A stretch of DNA of 62,911 bases, filler included, from Licmophora abbreviata (Eukaryota): NCBI GenBank assembly GCA_900291995.1. It is 6 parts of 6 records of this genome, joined end to end, with 100 filler letters (N's around TTAATTAATTAA, not from the genome) between each part and the next. Parts side by side here need not be neighbours in the genome. Positions count along the whole stretch, not along the records: positions 1 to 25,669 come from OLMU01004122.1; 5 more parts are not named here. The stretch is one strand, 5' to 3'. This document shows, one piece after another, positions 10,105 through 21,853 of this stretch. The notes beneath the pieces are model-generated. The model was not told the DNA's origin and ran no database searches. It saw nothing but the letters and a program-made list of their open reading frames with translations. Every line of letters starts with the position of its first letter. The first letter of the stretch is position 1. The position numbers and the translations under genes are program-made.

Positions 10105-13100
10105 TCACTTCAGGATTGCCAGCGACTGCACCAGCGCCTGCAAGTCCCTCTTTCCCTGTCGAGTCCTCAGGGCGATACCATGCATGCGCTCGTCCAGCTG
10201 CTTAAGATCTGAGTACCTGTCAAAACGCACACTCTTGTAGCCGCCTGTGGAATTGAGAGTAACCCCGTCGGCCATCGGTTGCTTGAGCTTCTGATTTTCC
10301 GCTTCAAGTACCTCTGCACGAGAGTTGGCTTTCTCTTCGCGAAGCTTCACAGAGATCAGCTCATCTCTAGTGATATCGAGTTCCGCTCTCACATTCATCA
10401 GCTCCATCTTCAAGGCCTGGGACTGCTTCAATAATACGTTTGATTCAGCCAGTTCCTTGCGAAGCATCTCATTTTCTCTTTCTTTCGACTGCGCTGTCTC
10501 CCTCGCGACTGCAGCGGCACGAACCGCCGCTATCGCCACTTTTTGCTGTTTCTGCTCCAGCTTCTTCAAGATAGCCTGCTCTTCCATTGTAAACTGTTCG
10601 CCCCTCGCTTTCTCGGCCTCTTTTCTCTGATTTTTTAGCACAACTAGTTGGTCTCGAGCAACTTTTCCGCGATAGCTATTCTGAATCTTGATCGCGCTGC
10701 TATGTTGGTGGGCAACGATGGCGCTTTCCTCCTGTCGCTTCTGGTCAAGCTCCGTACAGTGAGCCCTAGCCGTACGACCTCGCTGCATTTTCTGCGACCA
10801 CACAGCCACTATTCGTTTCATGACAAAGTTCCTCTCCACAATAGACCTTCTGAAAGTTGACTGGATCTTGGTTGCGGATTTTATCTCGCGAATTCCCCTC
10901 AGATGTTTCCGAGCAATAAGACGTCGTATGCACGCCTGCGTCAAAACGATCTTCTCCATGGTACCCAAGTACCACCTTCTGGCGAGAAATCCACGAACCA
11001 CTCTTTCAATTTTGGTCGCCCTCACCGATAACTGCTGCGTTCGACAACTCTCCATGCAGTCGAACGCCGCTTGACGAAGAAACACCTTGGTCTCCCCTTT
11101 CTGAATTCCTACAACCTCAAGGACGTCCGGAGGTCTGTAAAATAGGACAAAGTGATGGCTTTCGGGGTAAGCTGGGACTTGCTGCAATACCGTGGGAAAA
11201 CAAAAGTAGCACGCTCGCAACAGCAACTGGTGACTTACGCTGCTTCCTTAGGGTTCTGCGCAGTCCAGATCATTTTTGCAATTGTGTCAAGCAGAATAGC
11301 CATCTCCATATCGCCACCTCTTCCTGTAGCATCGTCTGAAAGGAAACGATAGCGTTTCAGCAAACGCTCGTGCGTGTACCGTTGAGGATAGCCCACTCGT
11401 GAGACACGGATGGCTTCCAAAACGCCTGCATATCGAAGTTGGTCCGCAATCATCTTATTCTGAAAGTCGTCAGCCCGGAGGTTGTGGTTCGGTTTAAGAC
11501 ATCTCACATAGTGAGGATGTGTGAGATCAATTCTCTTCCGCAGCTCAGTCAGCTGCGCTTGGAATTGACCGCCGACTGTTGGACGCTTGGCTCGTCCACT
11601 TTTGGAGATGCTTGGCGTAACAGACGAAATCGCCGCAGCCGACAAAGTAACATCGTTGATTTTTCCAAGCAGCTGAACAAATGGCTTGGATGAGGACTCC
11701 AGCAAGCTCGTCGCCCCTCGAGGAATCTCGTCTTTGTTCTTTTCAAGGAAACCGTCGACCTCGTACACGACAAGACCTGCATAATGATGGATTGAAAACT
11801 GGCATTGGGCACGCTGCAGATCACTAGCCTCGAATCGACCATGATCACCGCACGTCTTGTACATAGCTTCCGCAAACAACTTGTCAGTGCCACGAGGGGT
11901 ACGACATTGGTCGGTGAGCAGAGTGATGATGCCGCTTCCCCTCTTATCTATCAAGTCGATCACGTCCTGATTGTCCGGAAATTCAATGAACTCCCATGCG
12001 ATACCTGAAACAAACGAAAGAGAAAAGTCAGAAATAGACCGCCACGTGCGAGCTGAGGTACAAGCCTCAAAAGGGCGTCCCGTCTCACCTTCGCGCTGAT
12101 ACTCTTCTTGCTCCATCTTGAAAATATGAAGGTTGAACTGTTGCTGGAGCGCTTCGTTACAGTAGTTGATACAGAGTTGTTCGAAGCTGTTGTGTTCAAA
12201 GTATTCAAATCCAAAGATATCGAGCACTCCAATGAAGGCTGCTTTTGCCATTTCGAGCGAATCTTCTCGTTTCGGTTTGAAGTCGATCTTCTTGTTGATA
12301 TTCTGAACAATGAACGAAAACATGGCTCCGTACGTGGCCTTTACCAGAGCGTCAAGTCCCTTGGCAGAGAGTTCCTTGTTAAGTTGACGTGTATAGGAAG
12401 TGTTTCCTGCTTCAATCTCAAACTGGCACAGAGCAGCTTGAAAGGCTTCCTTTTCGAGGCCTAGAAGCGTCAGTACTGGCTCCAAATGAAGGTTCGATTC
12501 GTCGACTTTGGAAGAGTCGTCCGTGATGGCCTCGAATGTTAGATTCGATGCATGCAAGAATGCCACGCAGACAGCAAAGATATCCTCCTGTGTCGTTGGA
12601 TCAAGTCCCATCGTTCCCATGGCTGTGTCGACGTGTGAAGAGAGCAGGAGAGATAGTGAGTGACAGGGAGCAACAAATACGACCAATGCAGTAAGGCATC
12701 ATGCGGACAGGCTGGGGTTATATCGACTCACACGTGACAAGCTTATCGAAGAGCTTTGAGTCGCTCGCTCCATCGCGACGCGTAAACGTCCCAGAAGCAC
12801 TTGTCATCTTAAAGTCTCGTGCGGTGTACTCCTCCAGAAAGAACGACTTCCGCTCCTCTACAGTTGCGGCGGCAAGAAGCTCATAGAAGACGTGAAACGT
12901 GCGTTCGCCCGGTCCCACGTGAATCAATCGCACCTTTTCCAACAAGTACGTGTCGATCGATGCTCCAATCATGCTTCCCGTACGCTTGAACTGAAGTTCA
13001 ATGAACTTGCCAAAACGACTTGAATTGTCGTTTCGAACAGTACGTGCATTCCCAAAAGCTTCCAAGATGGGGTTGGATTCGAGAATCTTTTCTTCAATCA

Positions 13101-13917
13101 AGGCTCCCTTTTGCCAAGACTGTGTACGACTAATGCGTTTTGAGAGTCGTCGCGGGGCTCGTTTGGGGGGAGCGGTGTTCTCACCTCTTCCTGGAGACGG
13201 AGCGCGACGTCGTTTGGTGTGTTCGGCCTTGCGTTGACTCAGAGTGGCAAGATACTTCATGATGTGCTTTGTCGAGACGGTTTTTCCAGCCCCTGACTCT
13301 CCACTGACCAAGATGGACTGATCCGTCCTCATGTCCCCACCAACGTGCATGGCCTGCATCATGCTTCGAAAAGCAGAGTCTGCAGTGCCATAGACGTGCG
13401 GCGCGAGTTCCAACATGTCGTCGACTTTCTCACCCTTTTTCCAGTAGCGACGCATCATGTCATCATCATACAACCTAGACAAGTTCTTGAAAGGGTTTAG
13501 GGCGATCAAGATAGGACCAGTTGAGGTGTAAATGATGTCCTGGTCGTATCGCTTCTTGAGACAGTACACGACGGATGGTTCATGTAGATGAGTTAAGGTG
13601 ATGAGGTCATCCGGCGGGAGACTCGCTCCACGTCCCACCCACTCGTTTGCCATAACTAAAGAAGGATACTTTCCTCGGTAAGCACTGGCAGGTATTTCAA
13701 TGCGCTCCTCAAAATACTCCGAATGTTCCTCTGTGATCATGAGACCCACTGTGGCATCGGCGACTCCATGTCCCGAAACATCTCCAGAAATGATTACCGC
13801 GGCAATCCATTGCCACGCTGACTCCAGCTTAAGTTTTGGAGTCTCCCCCTTTCCCAAAGCCTTGGAAACGAGACCGTTTGTAACCCAAACGGGCGTCTTG
13901 TGATCGCTCACGTTCAT
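10105..13917 (-). CDS. Unconventional myosin heavy chain (motor domain, IQ motifs, short coiled-coil tail)
   Basis: P-loop GESGAGKT, LEAFGNARTVRNDNSSRFGKF, DIFGFE, FEQLCINYCNE, PHYVRCLKPN, several IQxxxRG motifs. Introns 12623-12731, 12005-12088 and 11135-11238 give one continuous frame. Confidence 0.97.
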
Positions 13918-14262
13918 GACTGTCTACCTTTGTGTGACAAGTTGTGTGTTGTGTCGTCCCGGTATCATCGTCGCCTAAAGAACAGAAGATTGATTTTTCC
14001 GAAGTTTGGCGGGGGTTCACGCAAGATCAGGCGCCCTTTATCCGGGTTACGAGTTCACATGTGTACTCGTACCATACGACTGAGTCGAGTCGAGTGAGTC
14101 GTGTCGCAGGTATGGGTACGATCGACAGTGAGAGGGACCAGGCATGACCCGCCATGACGATGATTGACGAACATCAGGTTGACGGGTGTGTCTGTTGTGA
14201 ATTATTCGGAGGCGACAACCGGTGAACATTGAAATTTTCCTTGATCCCATTGACGCTTCATC

Positions 14263-17200
14263 ATGAACCCCGAGTTAGAAGCCGTTATGCGTCGGAGGAG
14301 GCGCAGAGCCGAAGGAATAAATTCACCCATGAGGCGAGAGCCTTCCGGCGGCCGTGGCAATGCGACAGAACGGATGGTTGCATCCGAAGTCCCGCCGCCA
14401 CCGCCTCCACAAGAAAGCATGACCAATCCTAAGCATTCTCCGCTCCCCCCTCCGCCACCTCCGAGTACACCTCCCCCGAGTGCAAGCAGCGGAAGCAGGA
14501 CATCGCCGCTCTCGCCCAACAGCAAGTCGCGCCGAAGAAATCAAGAACGGGTACTGTCAATGAGACGCAAGGCGAAATTGCGACAACAAACAGGCGCTAT
14601 TGAACATCAGCAAGAGGAAACAACACCAGAGTCACGACGACGTGCACTAGAGAAAATGCGAGGAGGACCGGTGATTTCTCAATCGTCGTTGGAGGATCCC
14701 ATAATAGCGGCGCGTAGTCCGGAAGAGCAAAATGTTCAAGCCGATGCAGGTTCTTCGTCGGATGACTCAGAAGAAAATAGCTCTGCGAGGATTCAAACAG
14801 GATCATTTCCTGTAGACACTGACGAATCTGTTGAACGTCGGGTATCCTCTTTGTTTGACGCAGAGTTTGGCGCACTTCCGACGTTGTCCGCTCGTGAAGG
14901 AGTCGCCTACAAGACACCTCTGACAGTTCCAGAATACGAGCCACCACCGACATTTGATAGAGCAGCATCGTTGGGACGTAAGAATCCGGTTGATTATGCT
15001 CCTCTGACCGATCCTCCGAAACGAGAGAAGCCGACTGTGATGCTGGAAGAGTCTGACTACTTCAGAAGCGCTCCCTTTCTCTGTCCCCCCATCGTGAATC
15101 CATTGTCAGGGAATGGCATTGTTTGTTGCTGCGACGAAGGAAATGCCGTTCTGTACGAGTTTGACGTGAAACGTTCGATGCAGGTTACATCCACGTCCAT
15201 GCTGACGACCGAAGTAAAGCGCAAGATCTCGACCGTTTACGGTTTGTCAGTTTTTGGCGTTGCCTCAGTGCTTTGCTTGTCCGCCGGTCTCCACCGAACC
15301 GAGGGTCGTACAAGGGTTCGTGTAGGTGCCTTGGTGGAATACGAAACGCTACATTCACAAGGACAGAACCAGACACAAACGGTCGTGGTAGTCTGGCAGT
15401 GGGGGTACGGCGCGTTGCGTCAGGTGGCTCTGCAGTCTCTCTTGTCACCGCCCCAGTCTTCCAGCTTCACTTATGATAGTAAATCTCTCCAGCTAGCAGA
15501 TGGACTCGTTTTCTTGTCGGGTATGGCCAAGAGCAAGGGTCCATGCGTATTCTGCGTCAAGCCGACCTCCAAGGAAGTGTGGCAGGTCAATCTGCTGATG
15601 CCTGCAGGATCGGCAGGCGACGTCGAAGTTAGCGCGACGAAGTTGACAACCGACTTTTACCGAGAAAATAAATACATGGCTATTGCCCTAACGGATGGCA
15701 GCGTTGGTGTTTGGACCTACGAGAGTGCCGTTAATAGGAAAATGGAGCAAGGCAAGAAGACTCTTCTGCCACTTTGTCGACTTGAGGGCATGGCAGCGAT
15801 TGAGAAGGCGACTGTGCTTGGCGAAGAGCAAGTAGGAGAGGTAGAACGCGATGAAGATGACTTTTGCACTGATCTTCAGTGGATGCTTCCTACAGAATCA
15901 AGCTTGCTTCTTCTTGGGGCAGCATTCAGTCATGGAATGGCTGTGTTCCACGTCTCACTCCCTCTCGTGGTGGACGATAGTCCAGGAGACGGCGAAAGGA
16001 AGCCCCGGCCTCTCCCTGCGCCAACGGTGTCGACTCTACTTGCCGACACGATCAAGTTGCGTCCCATCACGGCAGCTCGGTGGTCGAAAACGTTTGCGTC
16101 CGCGTCACTTGCATGGGTCTATCTTGGCCCACATGTAACTAACTCATTAGCCTTTTTGCTGGAAGAGGATGGGAGTTCCGCGTCCGTCCTTGTAGGAGCC
16201 TTGAACGTTCCTGTCTACAATAGCGGTGGAGGCCAGAAAACTGAAGAGGAAATGATAAGATTCCAGCTGCTTTGCAAAAGGAAACTGGTTGAAGGCGAAC
16301 GATCGCCGTGCCGCGGTATTCTTGCCTCTCATATCCCTTCGATGGCAATCTGCTATGACTCAAATACACTGAGGGCGTTTCATCTGCGCTTGTCTAGTGG
16401 TGATGCTTGGGTCACCTCCATGAGACATATTGTCGCCTCCGCATCTCTAGGCGTGGACTCTACGGGCTACGTCTCCCTTCCAGATATATCTACTGATTGC
16501 GACGGCGTTTTGAGAGTCGTGTCTGCAACTCAGTGCAATCGAATCGCGATGCAGGGGGTCTCCTCTCCTGTTCCCAATACGCACCTTCACGGTTGGTCTA
16601 CCCCGTCTGTCAGGCATTGGCTATGTTACTCTTATGTAGGGGATTCTCACGTGCAAAGCAGAGAGAACTCCGATGGAAATGCCACGGGCGGTAGCTACTC
16701 GAAGATCGTTTGTGATTTGCGAGTCGGTCCGGGTCACGTCCCATGCCGAATCGTGCGATCCAAGAACAGCACGATATGCGCTGTTTTGCTGCGTTACTCA
16801 ATAGCCGCTGCCGATGCGTCTTGTACAGATCCTGTACTGATTGTGCTCATTGATTGTAGCACTTGTAAGATTCTGGAAGTCCGAGAAGGACGTGGCATTG
16901 CCTTTTTGCCAAGCAACGGAGACGATGAGACTCGCGCGCTTGTGCTTAGTCACGATGGCGCGTCTATCTGTTTGATCCTCCGGAAAAAGGACAGCGACGG
17001 ATGGGAGACTAGGCTCACGTACCGGTCACTCTTTAGTGATCCGGTTGATGGCATCGAATGTCGGCAACTTCACATCGTTAGCATCTCTGTCTCACAGATT
17101 AGCCTGATCTTGGTCTGTTCCAGAATTCGCGATGGTCGATCTTGTATTGTTTCCGGCAGGCCGGTTTCCTGCGCAGAAGGGGAATTAGATACGAGAGCAA

Positions 17201-20200
17201 TCCCCGATATCGACATGGATTCGACACTTTGGCTGCGAACGGCTGAGGAAGTTCTCAGTGTTCAGGAACTCCCACGCTATCAAGATGGTATGCGATGCGT
17301 AGCGGCTGTTACCAATCGACGCGTCCTGTTGCTGTCCGATGAACTTACAGTTTTAGCAGAGTACGAGGGAGCTGTCTCCTCCGATGCTGTGGCCTCGGTT
17401 GGTTCGCACACAGTCGCATTTTGCTCGGACACGAACCGGTTGCTCTATTTGTGCTGTCTGAATGGAAAGCACTCTCAGGGAGTCATCGCGACGCTTCCTA
17501 TTCCACAATTTGGGTGCCCTTCGTATCGATTGCTCGCACTCCGCCCAGAACGATTTGTCTACGTGTCGAATCGTAGTGGAGCGAGGCTAGTCGAGGAAGT
17601 TGAGAACGAAAACTCGGTTTTGGTTGATTATGCAGTGACGAGACCAGCTGTTCTACTCGAGCCGGCGGTCGCGAATGCTCTCTGTGAGGCGAAGGAACCC
17701 CGCAAGTCCACAAGCCTCCTTCGAGCCGTGATCGAGAGGTTCGGGCGGAAGTCGGCGTCATTTCCGCACGGTGATACCGAAGGAATCGGTACAAGAGGTA
17801 TCGGACTTACCCCGCGTGTTTTCGATATGCTATCCCACTACGACCAGAGTCATCCAGCATCATGGCTACTTACAGGCACGGTTGACTTCCAGAGGTCCTC
17901 CCACAGCACGATTCTTGCTCCTTGGATACCAATGCGAACTAAAGCCTCGGCAGCTTTGAACGCCGATGCAGTGTTACATGTTGCCGCGAACGGTGATGCA
18001 TATCTATCAGACTATTGTCGATCACCGGAGCAGAACATGGCTTCAAGCTTGCCTCGCCCAACAGATCAGTCGGCCGTGCTCAGCCGCGATATGGCTCTGT
18101 ACGCAATGCAGGAAGGGGATGTTGCGGGCGCACTGAAGTTACTGGACTTTGCAGGGGACGAGTCTTCTGATAGCGATCTTTTAAGTCTTGTCCTTTCCCT
18201 TCAGCTTGAATCTGCGTCCGATATCACGAAAGTGCTCAGCGCAATATCTGGTAAAGATGAAAGTTCATCTCACAGCGCGGGTTCAAGCGTGTCCAGCTCG
18301 ATTGCAGGACTTGCTCGGGAGCTTAGAGATGGACATTCTCAGCCGCAGCGCGGGCAGGAGGAGAAAGTAAGCAACGCATTCAGTCGTCAGTGGCTGAAAC
18401 CGCTCGCCCCTTCTCTCCGACGACGCAGCCGAATCCTTCGGTCCCGGCATCGACTGATTGGAGAGTCCGCTGTTCAAGATGCGATACGTGGGACTGCGCA
18501 GAGAAGTCCTCATGATAGTCGCTGGAAGGTGCCGTGCAATGAATCTAGACATGTTTGGAATGAAGGTCCAGCTAAAGACAAGAAGAATTTGCTGCTTCTC
18601 GACAGCATAGACGAATGGCTTGGGCGATTCCAGCCGTCCATCCTCGGCAAAGAAGGAGCGTCCGCTGCTTTAGAAAAAGGTGAAAAGACGCTGGCAGACA
18701 TCCTCAGTCGAGCGAACGACTACGATCAGAACTCGTTCGGAGATCAAAGTGAAGACGTCTCAGTCAGCTCGAAAGATAGATGGGTCGAGGGAGTTGGCGA
18801 AGGTCGTACCGATGAAGACAATCTATCGGCATACTATCGATTCTCGGAAGGGGTCGGTAAGTTATCGTGTGGACAAGGGAGTTGAGCCCTTCAGATTTGA
18901 CGCTGACATATTGCTCAATATTTGTCCATATACGTAGACGAAGACAGCTCCTGGCGAACAGATGGCTTCGACGATCTGACGGCATTTCAGAACCGGGCTG
19001 TTGTGATCGGAGAGGACTTCTTAACGCTCGAAACAACGACATCAAGCATCGACGAAGGAGCTCCCGGAAAGGTGAAGCTCCTATACGATTTAGTATTTAA
19101 TGAAGAATCGAGAGGCGATGCGGCGTGCGGGCTGCTCATGGAAGTCAAACGAGGCTGCAGCCTCGATGTTGGTATTCTGCACGGGCAATCTTGTGACTCT
19201 CGAAGACGATGCTCGTTGGAATTTTGGTACCATCTTCCTCCATCGGATCTTGTCTCTCAAGAAGTAGTCCTTGCACGGCGAGCAGTGGTTTCGAATGAAG
19301 ATCTTTCCATGCTCTGTGTCGCAGAAGATAAATCTAATTTTCTGTGGGAGCTGGTTCTTTTAAGATCCGGAGAACTCGAATTTAGAACAAATCAAGGAGA
19401 CTCGCTTCTTTCGTCGGGCAAGTGCGGCTTGGACGGGCATCAGAGAGGAGCGTCGGATCTGGCTGTCTCGAGAGACTCAAGCGAAGACAGAAACGTTCCC
19501 GACGGTCTAGTCCTATGGGAACGAGCCGAAGGCGGTGGTGGTTGGAATCACGTCTGCGTCGTCTTTTCGTCTAGAGGGCATGATAGGCTGACTGATTGTA
19601 CGGTTAAACTTTACATGAAAGGCGTGCGAGTCGCGTCATCTGACGTATCGATAGCACCGCCAAACATGCGTGACATCGAATTGTCCGACATTAATGCCGT
19701 TGACGAATCCATGGAAAGAACGGCCCTTGTCTTTGGCCTGAATGCACCCAGCAATTACCGGATCGCTGAGCTTCGTGCCTGGAGTTGCGAACGTAGCGAC
19801 GACGACATTAAGATGATGATGTATGAATACTTACACGTGGCCGAGACGAAACGAAAGTTCAAAATCAAGATCCGGAACAATAACGGAGATCAAACGTCGG
19901 AAGGCGCAAAGCTGCTGGCTCCGCCTAGGGAAGGTAAGCCAAAACAAGAGAATTTCACGAAAGGCTTGCTTCGACCTCCACCAAGGAAAGGAAGCAGTGA
20001 GCCAGACGCGATTCCAACGAACGAAAGCTCTGCATTTGATTTTGATGCCTCGTTCGCTACTGGACGTGAGCCAACGCCGAATTCCGACGATACCCCGCCC
20101 ATGCCCATATTTTCTGGGGAGCGTCTGTCACAGGAGGCCACGCCAGGAGTGCAGCAGCATATCGAGGGCGCCCAGCTTTGGTCTTCTGCTGTGCCACTGT

Positions 20201-21583
20201 CTCATCAGGTACGAAGTAGTGCCGCTGCAGCGTTGGTGAGGGGGCCACCGGCAACGAGACATTTTGGTGGAAACAGAGGTGGGCTAGCAGATTGCCCCAA
20301 TAAAGACGTCAATCAATCCGAAAGGTATGTATCTTTCTATTTCACTGTTTGCAAAGAGCGCGCGCTAAGCGCATGCCTCACCCTACTTCTTCAGATTTGG
20401 TGTTGGCGCAGTAGCTGTATGTGGCGCAGAGAAGACCGTGGTTTACAGCAGCGACCAAGATCCACCAGGCAAGACATACCCGATTGGCGCATCTGGCGCC
20501 ATCATTAGCGATAAGATGGATGCCGAAGGAAGTGAATATCTTTGTTGCTTCCTCGCGAAAGACAAGCGCATGGTAGGTTGTGTGCAATGCGGGATGTACA
20601 AATGTGCCGCGTTATTCTTACCCCCACCCCGTATGTACGATCTTGAAAGGTCGTCTTCGAGCTGTCGACAAAGACGGTGGTTGTTGAGCTTCAAATGACG
20701 ACCAAGCTCAATTTCTGGCGATACTTGCCTCCTCAGACACATGGGCATACTCTCGTCTTCATGCTAATTACCCCCATCGGCGGCTTCCACTGGACGCCAC
20801 TAGACGAATCGCCACGCCCCCGGCAAGTCTGGAAGCGTGGCCCCGAACTACAAGGGAAGAAGGTCGTCATGTACGAAGAGGGTGGCTCGTCCGGACTGCT
20901 AGGGACCGACGCTCGGTCTGCTGTTGCTCTTCTCTTGGTGTCTTCCGCCTCTAGTTCAGATTTGGAAGCATGGATTATGCAGGTTGAAGCCGATTCTCAG
21001 GCGGTGTGCATATCAGGGTAAGTCTCCACGCCTATTGTATTGGTGTACGGTCGAGCATGCTCTCATGGTGTCACTCTCTAGGCATGTGGTTGGTGCCGCA
21101 CTGTCCAGAATATTCAACGTCGGTAGCGATCCTTTTCTGCCTTTCCTCATCTCTGCGCAAACACTGAAGAATTCGGATGTCTTGGTTGAAGTTGGTCCTT
21201 TGATTGAGGATCCATCTACCGGTAAGCTTACCGTGTCTGAAGTGATCAGCAGGGCGGTGCTTGACTTGCAGCAGGAACTACAGACAGAGCACCCTCCTCC
21301 GATTCTGGCGATGGGCACGATGCCTGAGGTCCTGTGCAGCTCCCATGAAAACATTATCGTTATAGTTGTCAGACGGAATGGGCTGATAGCCGCGTACGAA
21401 TTCGAATATGGCAATCTGCTGCTAGCTCGACGAGAAGTGGCTGAAGCGTACGTCGTGGATATGGCACTTCGATCAGGGGAGCGTGGTGGAGTCGAGGTCG
21501 TCCTTCTTCTCGCAGATACCAGAAATTCCAGGGATGGTCGTGTTGTTGCTTTCGACGTGATGCCTGGCACTGCTGTACCGTAG
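14263..21583 (+). CDS. Very large beta-propeller/alpha-solenoid coat-like protein resembling TSET/TPLATE-complex TTRAY2 (TWD40-2), with a LamG-like domain and a C-terminal beta-rich domain
   Basis: Five exons with introns 18857-18937, 20325-20394, 20573-20649 and 21018-21081, all GT-AG and frame-consistent. Pro-rich N-terminus; beta-rich WD-like region; motifs VTNRRVLLLS, LLEP, RF..LTPR; LamG-type SLEFW / WNHVCVV / IAELRAW. The gene model is solid; the family call is by-eye similarity. Confidence 0.65.
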
Positions 21584-21853
21584 CGTTTTTGAAATCGTGA
21601 TGGAGGCTACCACCGACGGATGACATCTAGACAACCTGGTACCTGGTAAAGAACGGGATCGCGAGTCATTCCGATCGCCTCAACCAAGAGGTGACTGGTA
21701 CCAGTACCATGGCAGGCAGTAGGTGAATGTGTTGCAAGCAGCTATGTCGCCGCCACAAAAGTTAACAGCCCGTTCGATCTTGGCAAGTTCCATTGATCTG
21801 GTGGAAAATTACAGACAATAGACATCAGAAAAGAGGATTATACTCTACTGTCC

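Noticed and set aside
21630..21712. Clustered TGGTACCA/CCTGGTA words between convergent genes
   Set aside because: Short and irregular, with no terminal inverted repeats or target-site duplication to call a MITE or terminator.
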